This document shows, piece after piece, positions 10,530 through 21,317 of a stretch of DNA of 64,000 bases. Positions within the stretch are counted from its first letter, which is position 1. Each line of letters starts with the position of its first letter. The position numbers were made by a program, and so were the translations under genes. The notes beneath the pieces are model-generated. The model did not search any database. It was not told the origin of the DNA and saw nothing but the letters and a program-made list of their open reading frames with translations. The DNA comes from Ignavibacteriota bacterium (GTDB lineage: Bacteria; Bacteroidota; Ignavibacteria; UBA10030), in assembly GCA_003142475.1 (NCBI GenBank), contig PLMK01000042.1, positions 131,586 through 195,585 of the forward strand. Reading direction: 5' to 3'.

Positions 10530-11438
10530 ATGAGTGATCAGAAAAAATCAGTTCTCGGACGTGGACTTAATGCGCTCATTCCGAAGAACTCGCGGATGGA
10601 AGTAAATGTGCGGGACGGTTCTGTCGGGCGCGACACTGGCGAGACGGGCATCATTGCTAGTATCGACATTGCAAAGATTCAACCGAACCCATTCCAACCA
10701 CGCACGGATTTCGATCAAGAATCGCTATCGGAGCTTACGCGATCGATACAAGAGAAAGGCGTCATTCAGCCGATTACCGTGCGGCGGATTGATGTGGGGT
10801 ATCAAATTATTTCCGGCGAACGGCGTCTCCGTGCAACTCAAGCGGCACACCTACGGCAGATTCCCGCATACATCATTGCCGTCGAGACCGACGAAGAGAT
10901 GCTGGAACTTGCGCTCATCGAAAACATTCAGCGTGAATATCTGAACTCGATGGAAATTGCAAACGCCTATCAGCGCCTCATTGATGAATGCCACATGACC
11001 CAAGATGAGATTGCTAAACGTGTCGGCAAAGATAGAAGCACCGTCACTAATTTCATCCGTTTGCTGAAACTGCCGGTGAAAATACAAGATGGATTACGCA
11101 AAGAGAGAATTTCGATGGGACACGCGCGCGCGCTTATCGCGCTTCCGAATGAACGTGTACAACTGCGGCTGTACGAAAAAATTATAGATGGCGGATTGTC
11201 AGTACGGAAAGTGGAAGATATTGTCCGCGCCGCTCAGCAACCTAAGAAAAAGTCCGGTCCGCACAAAGAAAACAACGGCGCATCGGCAAGTATTCAAAGT
11301 TTGGAAGAAAAATTGCGACAGGCGCTCGGCACAAAAGTCAAAGTTAAAACCAAAGGATCGGGGCGCGGCGAGATCATAGTGGAATACTATTCACTCGACG
11401 ATTTTGACCGGTTGATGGATTTGTTCACTGGGAAATAA
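10530..11438 (+). CDS. parB: ParB/Spo0J partitioning protein
   Basis: LGRGLNALI, NPFQPR, GERRLRA and ENIQRE motifs plus HTH; ATG 10530 preferred over the track start 10479. Confidence 0.95.
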   Translation: MSDQKKSVLGRGLNALIPKNSRMEVNVRDGSVGRDTGETGIIASIDIAKIQPNPFQPRTDFDQESLSELTRSIQEKGVIQPITVRRIDVGYQIISGERRLRATQAAHLRQIPAYIIAVETDEEMLELALIENIQREYLNSMEIANAYQRLIDECHMTQDEIAKRVGKDRSTVTNFIRLLKLPVKIQDGLRKERISMGHARALIALPNERVQLRLYEKIIDGGLSVRKVEDIVRAAQQPKKKSGPHKENNGASASIQSLEEKLRQALGTKVKVKTKGSGRGEIIVEYYSLDDFDRLMDLFTGK

Positions 11439-11509
11439 TGAATGACTCATTTGTGATCTGTAAACAGCAAGTAACCACATTAGAATAATTTAGAATTGTA
11501 AAATCAACT

Positions 11510-11905
11510 ATGTCTACGACTATAGAAAAAATTCTAACTGAAAAAGCTCCCGCACCAATTGGCCCTTACAGTCAAGCAATTCTGGTTGATGGAAAATTCC
11601 TTTATACTGCGGGACAGATTCCTCTCGACCCTACAAACGGAAAACTTATTGAAGGTGACATTAAAGAACAAACACGACAGATAATAAAGAACCTTGAAGC
11701 CATTCTTATTGCCGGCGGAGCTTCATTCGCGTCCGTGATTAAAACTACGGTTTTCTTAAAAGATATGAACGAGTTCGCTGCTATGAACGAAGTGTATGCC
11801 GAATTCTTTGGTGCCGCTTCCCCTGCACGCAGTACGGTGGAAGTTGCTCGTCTACCGCGCGATGTGCATATAGAAATTGAAGTTGTTGCCGTTGTTGAAA
11901 AATGA
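11510..11905 (+). CDS. ridA: RidA/YjgF/UK114 reactive-intermediate deaminase
   Basis: [14 protein letters not shown] and [12 protein letters not shown] motifs. Confidence 0.93.
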   Translation: MSTTIEKILTEKAPAPIGPYSQAILVDGKFLYTAGQIPLDPTNGKLIEGDIKEQTRQIIKNLEAILIAGGASFASVIKTTVFLKDMNEFAAMNEVYAEFFGAASPARSTVEVARLPRDVHIEIEVVAVVEK

Positions 11906-12510
11906 CCGCTAGCTTGAATAATTTCCCAATGAAAAACCAATCGGTAATGCCGCTGATCGTAGCAATATTCTTTTTTTTTGTTTCATCCATTAATGCTGAC
12001 GCACAAACCAAAGTCACATCGGCTTTGATCAAATCGGATACAACAGAAGCTCAATACTCATCAAAGGACTCAATCGGCGTTCAAGGCAACAAAATAAAAC
12101 TCATTTCTGATGTGAACGCCAAATCCGGATCGTTAGCGATGCTGCTCTCTGCTCTGCTGCCCGGAGCCGGACAAGTGTACGCCCATCGATACTACACTAT
12201 TCCGATATTCTGGGGATTTGGCGTCTACTTTAGTTCGATAGCAATCAAAGCGAATAATCAATATCTAGATTATCGTGGGAAATTTTCGGAATCGGTTAGG
12301 TTGGATACAACAGCTCATTCTGGAGATCAGAACCTATTAAGTGCGCGCGATTTCTATCGCGATCAGCGGGACGAATTTATTCTCTACCTTGGTCTAACGT
12401 ATATCCTCAACATCATTGACGCGTACGTTGGCGCGACGCTATATGATTTTGATGTTTCAGATGAACTTGGCGGCAGCGCGAAAATTCAGTTTCATGTACC
12501 TCTTCCCTAA
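11902..12510 (+). CDS. DUF5683-like membrane/exported protein
   Basis: [11 protein letters not shown] and NIIDAYVGA motifs; usual position downstream of parAB in this lineage. Confidence 0.75.
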   Translation: MTASLNNFPMKNQSVMPLIVAIFFFFVSSINADAQTKVTSALIKSDTTEAQYSSKDSIGVQGNKIKLISDVNAKSGSLAMLLSALLPGAGQVYAHRYYTIPIFWGFGVYFSSIAIKANNQYLDYRGKFSESVRLDTTAHSGDQNLLSARDFYRDQRDEFILYLGLTYILNIIDAYVGATLYDFDVSDELGGSAKIQFHVPLP

Positions 12511-13418
12511 GCAAGCAGATCTCTCAAAGCATCTTCAAGTTTCGGAAATTGAAATTTAAATCCGGCATCACTCAATTTTTTGGGAATCATTTTCTGTCCG
12601 TGCAGCAATAACGGTTCAGCCATCTCGCCAAACGCAAGTTTTAATATAAATACAGGCACATGCATCCAAGACGGTCTGCGAAGAATTTTTCCAAGCTTCT
12701 TGCAAAATTCCAACATTCGGACCGACTCTGGTGCGTCAAGATTTAATGACCCGGTGATATACTCGTTCTCCATCACAAAGAGAATTGCGCTTACTTCATC
12801 CTGTAGATGAATCCATGGAAACCATTGCTTGCCGGAACCCAGCGGTCCGCCGAGGAACAATCGGAATGGTATTAGAAGTTTCTGAAGTGCACCGCCGTTT
12901 CTGTCTAGTACAACTCCTGTTCGCAGCAGAACAACACGCATACCAAACTCTTGTGCTTTTAAAGCTTCCGCTTCCCACAGATCACAGACATCAGCAAGAA
13001 ATCCTGTGCCTTTTAGACTGGCTTCAGTCACTTCGCCTTCTGGCACGTTGCCGTAGTAACCAACAGCAGAAGCGTTTAACAGTACCGAGGGTTTGCGTTT
13101 AGTCTGTTTGATAGCACTGATGATAGCTTGTGTTGATTCAATGCGGCTAGAAAGAATCTTCTCCTTTTGAATTTGTGTCCACCGTTTTGCGCCGATAGGT
13201 TCTCCGGCAAAATTGATAACTGCATCGGTTCCATCAAGAACATCGGTCAAAGCGTTATTCGTCTTCACATCCCAGAACTCTATGCGCACAGCGGTAAAAT
13301 ATTTTCTGGCTTTTTCCGGAGTTCTCGAGAGTAAAATTACTTCATGGTGTGCTTGAAGAAGTCTGTCAATCAGCGTTCTTCCGATCAAACCGCTTCCGCC
13401 GGCTACAACAACTTGCAT
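12507..13418 (-). CDS. TIGR01777/YfcH-family NAD-dependent epimerase
   Basis: GGSGLIG, SAVGYYG, LRTGVVL and LGSGKQWFPWIH motifs; start placed at MQVVVAGG (track ORF extends to 13547). Confidence 0.9.
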   Translation of the reverse strand: MQVVVAGGSGLIGRTLIDRLLQAHHEVILLSRTPEKARKYFTAVRIEFWDVKTNNALTDVLDGTDAVINFAGEPIGAKRWTQIQKEKILSSRIESTQAIISAIKQTKRKPSVLLNASAVGYYGNVPEGEVTEASLKGTGFLADVCDLWEAEALKAQEFGMRVVLLRTGVVLDRNGGALQKLLIPFRLFLGGPLGSGKQWFPWIHLQDEVSAILFVMENEYITGSLNLDAPESVRMLEFCKKLGKILRRPSWMHVPVFILKLAFGEMAEPLLLHGQKMIPKKLSDAGFKFQFPKLEDALRDLLA

Positions 13419-13453
13419 TGATTTTTCCTTTAGAGATTGTGTTATGGATTTGT

Positions 13454-14362
13454 CTACCGGAATATCAGTCCGAGTCCGAATAAAATGGAAAACAATAAAG
13501 TTGAAAGGGAAAGGTTTTTCAATTCGGCATTCAATTCCTCGGGGCAAGTATTTTTAATGACGGTTCGGACATGCTTGACGAGAAACGGAAGAGAGCAAAG
13601 AAACAGAAACTGTATCCCCGATCGAAAATTCATGAGTGTGTAGAAGCATCCTGAAAGAACAGCAAGTGCAAGTAGTATGGCTTGATAAATCTTTGCCCGA
13701 TCTCTTCCCAACAGTACGACCAGCGTTCGCTTTGCTGCTTGTGTATCAGTAGCCTCATCGCGCAGATTATTGACATTCAAAACGCCGGCACTCAAAAATC
13801 CGATACATGCGGCAGGAAGAAATACATCCGCTGTTATATGATGGGTATGGAGAGCATATGTTCCGACAGTGCCGATTATTCCAAAAAAAAGAAATACGGA
13901 AAGATCGCCCCATCCACGGTACCCGTATGGATTGTCGCCAATTGTATATTTCAATGCCGCAGCAATAGACGCGATGCCCAAAATGACAAAGAGCACTTTC
14001 ACGGCAGGAAGTTCTCCCTCCGTCCCGGCGATAATTAAGGCGATACCGGCAGCAAAGGAACAAACGGTAACAAGAACAATAGCATAACGCATCGATAAGA
14101 CAGATATCTCACCCGATTGCACCATACGGCGGGGACCGACTCGGTTGGCGTTGTCTTTCCCGTTGGTAAAGTCTCCGTAATCGTTCGCAAGATTGGAAAG
14201 GATTTGCAATAGAATTGTTGTCAGCGCAGCCAGAAGAAAAACATTCCAATGAAACCGTTGCTCTGCTGCAGCAAGAAAACTTCCGAGCAGCGTACTTGAA
14301 AGAGCTAGCAGTAACGTTTTCGGCCGTGCGGCATCAATCCATGGTCTCAAAATATTCATCAT
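13454..14362 (-). CDS. menA: 1,4-dihydroxy-2-naphthoate octaprenyltransferase
   Basis: WIDAARPKTL, NLANDYGD, NNLRD and KRTLVV motifs; start refined from 14437. Confidence 0.92.
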   Translation of the reverse strand: MMNILRPWIDAARPKTLLLALSSTLLGSFLAAAEQRFHWNVFLLAALTTILLQILSNLANDYGDFTNGKDNANRVGPRRMVQSGEISVLSMRYAIVLVTVCSFAAGIALIIAGTEGELPAVKVLFVILGIASIAAALKYTIGDNPYGYRGWGDLSVFLFFGIIGTVGTYALHTHHITADVFLPAACIGFLSAGVLNVNNLRDEATDTQAAKRTLVVLLGRDRAKIYQAILLALAVLSGCFYTLMNFRSGIQFLFLCSLPFLVKHVRTVIKNTCPEELNAELKNLSLSTLLFSILFGLGLIFR

Positions 14363-14494
14363 ATAATAAGGTATTAATTTTCGGAAAGAGAAACCATCTC
14401 CTTCACCTTCCTTCTTCTGCGTATTTTCCGCTATCAATTTAATAGTTAGAGGAATAAGGAATGGCTCTTCATCAAGTATACCACTTTTTACTCT

Positions 14495-14776
14495 TTGTCA
14501 TTTATGCGGTTTTTTCCTATCATTCGTATATTTGTAGCGTTTGTAGCTGGCATTGGCAGCATGACATATCCACGTTTCATGATTTACAATTTAACCGGCG
14601 CCATACTTTGGGTATTATTATTCACGCTGGGTGGATATTTCGTCGGCAATATCCCATTTGTAAGACAGAACTTCAGCTTAGTCATTGTTGCACTTGTGCT
14701 TATTCCTGGTATTCAGGCGACAATAGAATTTGTTCGTCACTCTGTAAGCCGTTCAAGAAAGTGCGGGCTTTTATAA
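14495..14776 (+). pseudogene. DedA-family fragment (C-terminal half only)
   Basis: RFFPIIRIFVAFVAG..MTYPRF..YNLTGAILWV matches the DedA C-half; no N-terminal half upstream. Confidence 0.7.
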
Positions 14777-14938
14777 TTCGACTGCAGGGTAAAATTTCAT
14801 TCATGCATTATCACTTTGCTCATTGTAAGGTGATTTTTCCAAGATACCGGAATTTAATTTTCACCTGCTATTGCTTTATATTTATTCCGGATGCTGTTAT
14901 TCTATACATTACTATTGATTAGATTTGTTGGAAATGTT

Positions 14939-15985
14939 ATGCACAAAGCAATTTTTCTTTTCATCAACATAGTCTTTTATGTTTGTTTTTCTTTTGGGCA
15001 AGAAAAATCCGGTGGTTACATCCACGGATTGATTGTGGGAGATTACTTTTACAAAACCAGCGGTGATTCACAACCTTTCGGCAGCGTATCGCAGTTCAGC
15101 CAACCTTTGCCCAAAGATTCTTCTGGTTTTCAGATCCGACGCCTTCATCTTTTCTACGATTATACTTTTTCGAATGAATTTTCCACACGATTTCAACTTG
15201 AAGGGAACGAAAAATCACTTGATCCAAACGGACGTTTGAGTTTATATATGAAGACGGCATATCTCGAATGGAAAAATCTCGTTCCCATGTCGAGTTTGTA
15301 TATCGGACTTGTGCCGACACCAACGTGGATTAATGTTGAAGGACAATGGGGTTATCGCTCCGTTGAAAAGACGATCACGGATTTTCGCGGACTTGGGAGT
15401 TTGACCGATATGGGTGTGCATCTGCGCGGAACGTTGTTCTCCGAAGGGTCCGTTGGATACTCACTGATGATCGGAAACGGCAACGCACAAAAACCCGAAA
15501 ATAATAGGTATAAAAAATATTATGCAATGGTTAACGGAAAACCCGTACAAAACCTGTCTTTGGAAATGTACATGGACTATGAACCGGCAGCACAGGACAA
15601 AGACCGCACGACATGGAAAGCATTTCTTTCCTATCAAGAACCATCATTTATGATTGGCACGGAAATTATTGAACAGCTACAAAAGAGACAAGACACTCTG
15701 TTTGCCGATTATGCTCCATTTGGTATTTCTTTGTTTTCGTGGTACCAAGTATCCGATAATTGGAAAGTATACGGACGAATTGATTATTATGATCCAAACA
15801 GACTTTCTGTAAACACTGATTTTTATGAACGCTTTATCTCTCTAGGTGCAGATTATATGCCGATAAAGAATATCCACTTCATACCGAACATCTGGATCAA
15901 CACGTTCACTGATAAAAGTTCAGCTGGACGAAAAAAAGATGCAGATATTGTTCCGCGCATTACTTTTTTCTTTGTCTTCAATTAA
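14939..15985 (+). CDS. Outer-membrane beta-barrel protein (porin-like)
   Basis: Signal peptide, FQIRRLHLFY, alternating beta-strands, aromatic C-terminus; track start 14891. Confidence 0.7.
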   Translation: MHKAIFLFINIVFYVCFSFGQEKSGGYIHGLIVGDYFYKTSGDSQPFGSVSQFSQPLPKDSSGFQIRRLHLFYDYTFSNEFSTRFQLEGNEKSLDPNGRLSLYMKTAYLEWKNLVPMSSLYIGLVPTPTWINVEGQWGYRSVEKTITDFRGLGSLTDMGVHLRGTLFSEGSVGYSLMIGNGNAQKPENNRYKKYYAMVNGKPVQNLSLEMYMDYEPAAQDKDRTTWKAFLSYQEPSFMIGTEIIEQLQKRQDTLFADYAPFGISLFSWYQVSDNWKVYGRIDYYDPNRLSVNTDFYERFISLGADYMPIKNIHFIPNIWINTFTDKSSAGRKKDADIVPRITFFFVFN

Positions 15986-16020
15986 CTAACTGCTTCTTAA
16001 AACCAAACAAAGACGATTTC

Positions 16021-16479
16021 ATGAACATCACCGTCAGAATTGCCGCAGCTGCTGATTCAACTATTATTGCCGAGTACAACGCTATGATGGCAAAGGAAAC
16101 AGAAGGTATTGAATTAGACCGCGAACGCCTGCGAAAGGGCACGGAAGCTTTGATTGCAGATTCATCGAAAGGTATTTATTATCTGGCAGAAACAGATGGC
16201 AAGGTTGTCGGACAGTTGATGATTACGTACGAGTGGAGTGATTGGCGCAATGCCACGTTCTGGTGGATTCAAAGTGTGTACATCCTACGCGAATACCGCA
16301 AGCAAGGCGTCTTCCGCAAGCTTTATCAATATGTCGAATCGCTCGCCTTAACACACGGCGACGTGTGCGGCTTGCGATTGTATGTTGACGATGCAAATAA
16401 AAGCGCTCAAAAAACTTATGAAGCGCTTGACATGAAACAATCACATTATCGGATGATGGAAGTAGATTTTATTTTGTAG
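16021..16479 (+). CDS. GNAT N-acetyltransferase
   Basis: EWSDWRN, SVYI..YRKQGVF and LRLYV motifs. Confidence 0.9.
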   Translation: MNITVRIAAAADSTIIAEYNAMMAKETEGIELDRERLRKGTEALIADSSKGIYYLAETDGKVVGQLMITYEWSDWRNATFWWIQSVYILREYRKQGVFRKLYQYVESLALTHGDVCGLRLYVDDANKSAQKTYEALDMKQSHYRMMEVDFIL

Positions 16480-16515
16480 ATCAAGATTTGGTTCGACCAA
16501 TGATAGAGCTGCATT

Positions 16516-17574
16516 CTATTCTATAGTAATCGTTTTTTGTTGAGCGTTGCTCTTTTGGGCCGCATCAATAATCCGAATTACATTTAACGCTTCCTCCGGC
16601 TTCACTACTAATTCCTTCCCGTGAACAATGTGGTCATAGATATTGTCATAAAAAGCACAGTAATTTCCTGGCAATGTTTCGTATTTCTCTCTGAGCCGTT
16701 TATTTTCTTTTTCTATATTTAACAATCCCCACCACTCTTTTGGTTCTTTTCCCCAATTCGGATCATTTGGATTCTGTCCTTGTTTTAATGCTTCTTCTTG
16801 CGGATCAAGTCCCCATTTTAAAAATGAACCGCTCGTTCCGTGAAGAATGTACCGTGGCCCCGGTTCTTTTACAAGTAAGCTGGCTTTCAAAGCCACATTA
16901 ACATTGGGATAATGCAACTTGATATCGTACCAGTCATCAACTTCACCGCCGATTCTCATAATTTTCAGATGCGCTGTCACAGCTTCTGGCATGCCGAATA
17001 GTACGAGTGCCTGATCGATCATGTGCGAACCAAGATTGAAGAGTATACCTGTCCCAGCCGCAGATTGTTCTTTCCATGAATCCGTCTGAACAAGATTCTT
17101 GTAGCGATCAAAGTGCGCCTCATATTCGACAAGTCTCCCAAGCATCTGCTCTTTCACAACACGTTGAACGGTGAGGAAATCTCCATCCCATCGCCGATTC
17201 TGGAATACGGTGAGAATTTTTTCTTTTTGCCGGGCAAGAGCAATTAATGATTTTCCTTGTTCTACTGTCTGCGTGAATGGTTTTTCGACTATAACATGTT
17301 TGCCGGCATCAAGGCATTTTTTAGCATACTCAAAATGCGATTGGTCCGGAGTGTTCACAACAATCAATTCAATCTCATTATCTTGCAGTAAATCTTCAAA
17401 GGAACGTGAAACGACGACATTTGGATATAGCTTTTGCGCTTCGTTTTTTGCTCGTTCTATAATTCGTTTAATTTTAAAATTTTTATGATATGTGAGCAAT
17501 GGTGCATGAAATATTCTACCAGACATTCCAAAAGATGCGATTCCAACAATGATCGTGCGTTCCATCATGTACAC
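16516..17574 (-). CDS. Gfo/Idh/MocA oxidoreductase (YdgJ/IolW-like)
   Basis: FGMSGRIFH, VEKPF, FQNRRWDGDF and GSHMIDQ motifs. Confidence 0.92.
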   Translation of the reverse strand: MYMMERTIIVGIASFGMSGRIFHAPLLTYHKNFKIKRIIERAKNEAQKLYPNVVVSRSFEDLLQDNEIELIVVNTPDQSHFEYAKKCLDAGKHVIVEKPFTQTVEQGKSLIALARQKEKILTVFQNRRWDGDFLTVQRVVKEQMLGRLVEYEAHFDRYKNLVQTDSWKEQSAAGTGILFNLGSHMIDQALVLFGMPEAVTAHLKIMRIGGEVDDWYDIKLHYPNVNVALKASLLVKEPGPRYILHGTSGSFLKWGLDPQEEALKQGQNPNDPNWGKEPKEWWGLLNIEKENKRLREKYETLPGNYCAFYDNIYDHIVHGKELVVKPEEALNVIRIIDAAQKSNAQQKTITIE

Positions 17575-17787
17575 TCTGGGCTAATGAACAAACTGGTCTT
17601 TATGTATGCTAAAGAAACATAACCATAATTAATAGGAAGTGAAACACAATCTTGTTAGCAAATTAACGGAAAGGAATTGTGAGCCTAATAATTTTGTGGA
17701 GAAGATTATCAAACAGAAGATATTAAATGAGTTTTCAACTGCTTGTGAATACAATCGTAAATTTGGAATTCTAAGATGAGCCTAGGT

Positions 17788-17816
17788 TTGACATGCTTAT
17801 CCTTTCCCCGTATCTT
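17788..17816 (+). promoter_or_regulatory. Putative sigma70-type promoter
   Basis: TTGACA-N17-TATCTT upstream of ATG 17852. Confidence 0.45.
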
Positions 17817-17851
17817 TATATATAATAATTCTTTTTTATGCGTCTAATTAT

Positions 17852-18988
17852 ATGAACTCTTCAAATCCCGTTACCTTTTTTATTACTTATTTTGGACTGT
17901 TGTTCATTCTGCCGCTCACTCTACGTTCACAGACAAATCCAAACTTCGATTTCTCACTCGGCGTCGATTACAGTGCCGCCGAACAAATGTTAGATTATTT
18001 TGACCATCGCATTGGAAATACAAAATATGTTGCAGAGCTTCGCGGTAATCGGCTCGCCGCGGCAACAAGTGTCATGCTTGCGCGCACTGAAAAAACCGAC
18101 GATGACTTCCACCAGCAGCTTGAACTAGCACGGAATAATACAAGATTTGAAAGTGATGTGTATGGTTTTTCACCTGCGAAGAGTCATATACAGGAACTTC
18201 GAAAGCTTCTTCTAGAAATTAAGCATAGACAATTGGATCGCCGTATCGTCGCGACGATCGCCTCATTCTTTCCTGAACAAGCAAAAATCTCTACCAGATT
18301 CTCTGTATACTTCGTTGTAATAGGAAACGAACGTGCTGCCGCGTTTGTTCGGCACGTCATTTGGAATTATGATGTTCCAACTTTTGTCGGTGAAGATCAA
18401 GGGGAGCCTATTATTGTTGTCAATCTAGCTCGTATCGTTGAGGTACCAAACGACGTTGAAGATCAGTTTATTGAAGTATTAAGTACAACAGCACATGAAT
18501 GTTTTCATGCTGTATTTTCAGTTTTACAGAAATCTTTACCCGACTCCACTAAAGCAAAGAACATAGCCGATCAATTATTAGATGTGGTGCAAAACGAAGG
18601 TGTAGCGTACTATCTTTCTTTGCAAACTCATATCGGAGCTAGAACTCCTTCCCAGCAATGGTTTAATGCGACATCGCAAACAGTGGAAATGTTGAATCGT
18701 GCTCTATTAGAAATGTCTTCAACGAATCTAACTCGTGCCCGGGCACAGGAATTGATGATGAATGCCAACCTTTCCGGCTCATTCGAAGGAAACTATGGCG
18801 CTACTGCCGGTATGCGTATGGCGTACGAAATTGATTTGCGCCTCGGTAGGCCGGCACTGACAGCAACGTTAATGACTGGAAGCCGCTCATTTATTTCTAC
18901 GTATATGCAAGCATGCCTTCGCGATGGAAATCTGCCGAAGATCGATAAACAAGTTTCGCGAATGCTTCAATTGAAAAATCTTTATTGA
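17852..18988 (+). CDS. Exported putative Zn-dependent protease (DUF5700-like)
   Basis: Signal peptide; HECFH (HExxH) followed by NEGVA. Confidence 0.7.
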   Translation: MNSSNPVTFFITYFGLLFILPLTLRSQTNPNFDFSLGVDYSAAEQMLDYFDHRIGNTKYVAELRGNRLAAATSVMLARTEKTDDDFHQQLELARNNTRFESDVYGFSPAKSHIQELRKLLLEIKHRQLDRRIVATIASFFPEQAKISTRFSVYFVVIGNERAAAFVRHVIWNYDVPTFVGEDQGEPIIVVNLARIVEVPNDVEDQFIEVLSTTAHECFHAVFSVLQKSLPDSTKAKNIADQLLDVVQNEGVAYYLSLQTHIGARTPSQQWFNATSQTVEMLNRALLEMSSTNLTRARAQELMMNANLSGSFEGNYGATAGMRMAYEIDLRLGRPALTATLMTGSRSFISTYMQACLRDGNLPKIDKQVSRMLQLKNLY

Positions 18989-18999
18989 GTGAAATTACA

Positions 19000-21315
19000 T
19001 CAATAGGTTTTACTCAAGAATCCGATACCAATAAGCGCAGGGCTAAGAATGAGAACAAGAAAAACTGCGGTACCCTGGATTCCTAACACCGGCAGTAGCA
19101 CAGAACAAGTCGTTAGAGCGCCAATAGATGAACCGAACACATCAAACGCGTAAACACTTCCTACACTTAATGAACTGTGAAGATAAAATCGATTCACAAG
19201 TCCAAAAATCATTCCGATCAATCCGCCGCTGAATAACGTGACAAACAGTGTGATAGGAATCAGTCGTGCGAACAATAAGAAGTCAAATAATTTTGGCAAG
19301 AAAAGCACAACACCGATAAGCGCCATTAGAACTGCGAATAAGAGAGTCTTTTGTTCATATTTCTTGATAAGCCACGAAGCAACCAGCATACCCCCTACCA
19401 GACCAAGCATGTTTGCAGCGATCACAGCACCAACCATTTCATAAATTGAGCCGAATGCTTCCTGAAAGTTTATCAAGAAGAGAAGATTCAGCGCCATGCC
19501 AGTCATTCCACAGATAGTAATGATCGCGGCAAGTGTAGTTTGTTTTTGCTTCTCACGTTGTCTCCACCGTAAAAGAATAAGCAGTAAGATTAATCCAGAA
19601 CCAACACCGCCAGCAACGAAAATCCAAAAGCGTGTTATGTATAAAAAGAACCAATTGCTTCCCTGAAGGAATCGATTCCAAAGTAATAGATCAAAATAAT
19701 ATGTCACAGGATTATTGTCAGTATTAATTTGAACCTTCTTTGCAGTCTCCAAGGTATTTACAATAAACTTAATTCTGTCTGGCGGCATCAATTCTTCAAA
19801 CATATATTTGGAAAAGTATTCAGCAGAAATTCCGGTAGTGGTATAGCGCTGAGCGAGAGAATCTGGCTGTGAAATTAATAGTGTGGTGCTTGTTGTTCCG
19901 ATAAGTACCGCATGCGTCCCCGGAATAATCAATGTGTTAGTGAAGACGTTTCTAAATGTCTGGTAGATAGAAACATTCAAGTCTTTTAATTCATCCGCAA
20001 GATATTCGGTGGACGATGGAAATGAAAAAGCGAAAATACCGTTATCATTCAGGGATTGATAACATTGCCGAAAGAATTCTACTGTATAGAATCGATTCAA
20101 GCTTGCCGTTGATGGTTCACCAACATTCATTAAAATAACATCGAAGGAAGACATTTTACGATGCAGTAATTCTCGTCCATCCATATATATGATATGAACT
20201 CGCGAATCGTGCAGCGCCCGCTGATCTTGAATATTCATATTTGGTTCGACAAACGGAAGAAGAGCTGGATCGATCTCAACATATTCCACATCTTGAACTG
20301 GATACTTTAAAACTTCTCTCAACACTCCATTGAACCCTCCGCCTAAAATAAGCACGCGTTTCGCGTCGGTACGATGAATCATAATTGAATGCGTAAATAG
20401 TTCAGCATCGTACACATTTGGTATGTTATAGCCGGGTCGACCGTCAGCATATACGGTATGCTGGTTTTCCAGATACAAGAGAGAGAGATTCTGATATTTC
20501 GTATCGATAGAACGGACAAATGTCAACTTATCGTTGATAAACGACCACTGATAAGCATTGATTTTATATTCGAGCGAACGAATGGGCTGAAGTAGAACTG
20601 TAAACACGATGGCCATGCCGATTAAGTAAAGCGTCATTAGCCATTTCTTTTCGGAAGACATAATACACAACACTACACACCAAGCAATTATAACAATGAA
20701 AAAGACAATCTGCAGTGCTGAAAACAGTGCTGCAAAAACGAATGAAAACAATAATCCACCGACAACGCTTCCAAGCGATTCAAGCATATACGCTTTGTTC
20801 ACTCCAAACCAGAGTTCAACTTTTTCCGAAGTCAATAACTTCGCACCGAGCGTGAAAAGCAGTCCCCATAAAAAACAACCGACACTAAGAATAACAAATG
20901 AGAATCCAAGCAGGTCAAGCATAGAGAGAAATTCACCTGTAGGTGTGTGGAGAAATGCGCGGACAAATTTCACCAAGAGAATTTGCGCAAACGTTACGAG
21001 AGGCGTTATAGCAATAATAACAAGAAAGAGACGAGACACATTTCTATTATGTTTGACTATAATATTTCCGAATGCACTACCGAGACCAATCCACACCAAC
21101 CAGCAAGCGAAGATAATTCCAATGCTTAACTCATTGCCGTAGAAGCTGACAAGAAATTCCCGAACAAGAAGAATCTGCGAAAGGATTGAACCGAAGCCGA
21201 TATAAAAAAGAGATACCTGTTTTGAGTGGGAATAATTTGAATCTGTTTTAGAAATAAAAAGCTCAACGAATAGATTACTCCCGGGCTTTCGATTCATTTC
21301 ATTGAATGATGTCAT
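19000..21315 (-). CDS. Membrane-fused spermidine-synthase-like protein (TM block, SAM-dependent domain, TM block)
   Basis: VLILGGG, VEIDP, DGR and FYTVEFF motifs flanked by many TM helices. Confidence 0.82.
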   Translation of the reverse strand: MTSFNEMNRKPGSNLFVELFISKTDSNYSHSKQVSLFYIGFGSILSQILLVREFLVSFYGNELSIGIIFACWLVWIGLGSAFGNIIVKHNRNVSRLFLVIIAITPLVTFAQILLVKFVRAFLHTPTGEFLSMLDLLGFSFVILSVGCFLWGLLFTLGAKLLTSEKVELWFGVNKAYMLESLGSVVGGLLFSFVFAALFSALQIVFFIVIIAWCVVLCIMSSEKKWLMTLYLIGMAIVFTVLLQPIRSLEYKINAYQWSFINDKLTFVRSIDTKYQNLSLLYLENQHTVYADGRPGYNIPNVYDAELFTHSIMIHRTDAKRVLILGGGFNGVLREVLKYPVQDVEYVEIDPALLPFVEPNMNIQDQRALHDSRVHIIYMDGRELLHRKMSSFDVILMNVGEPSTASLNRFYTVEFFRQCYQSLNDNGIFAFSFPSSTEYLADELKDLNVSIYQTFRNVFTNTLIIPGTHAVLIGTTSTTLLISQPDSLAQRYTTTGISAEYFSKYMFEELMPPDRIKFIVNTLETAKKVQINTDNNPVTYYFDLLLWNRFLQGSNWFFLYITRFWIFVAGGVGSGLILLLILLRWRQREKQKQTTLAAIITICGMTGMALNLLFLINFQEAFGSIYEMVGAVIAANMLGLVGGMLVASWLIKKYEQKTLLFAVLMALIGVVLFLPKLFDFLLFARLIPITLFVTLFSGGLIGMIFGLVNRFYLHSSLSVGSVYAFDVFGSSIGALTTCSVLLPVLGIQGTAVFLVLILSPALIGIGFLSKTY

Positions 21316-21317
21316 TT

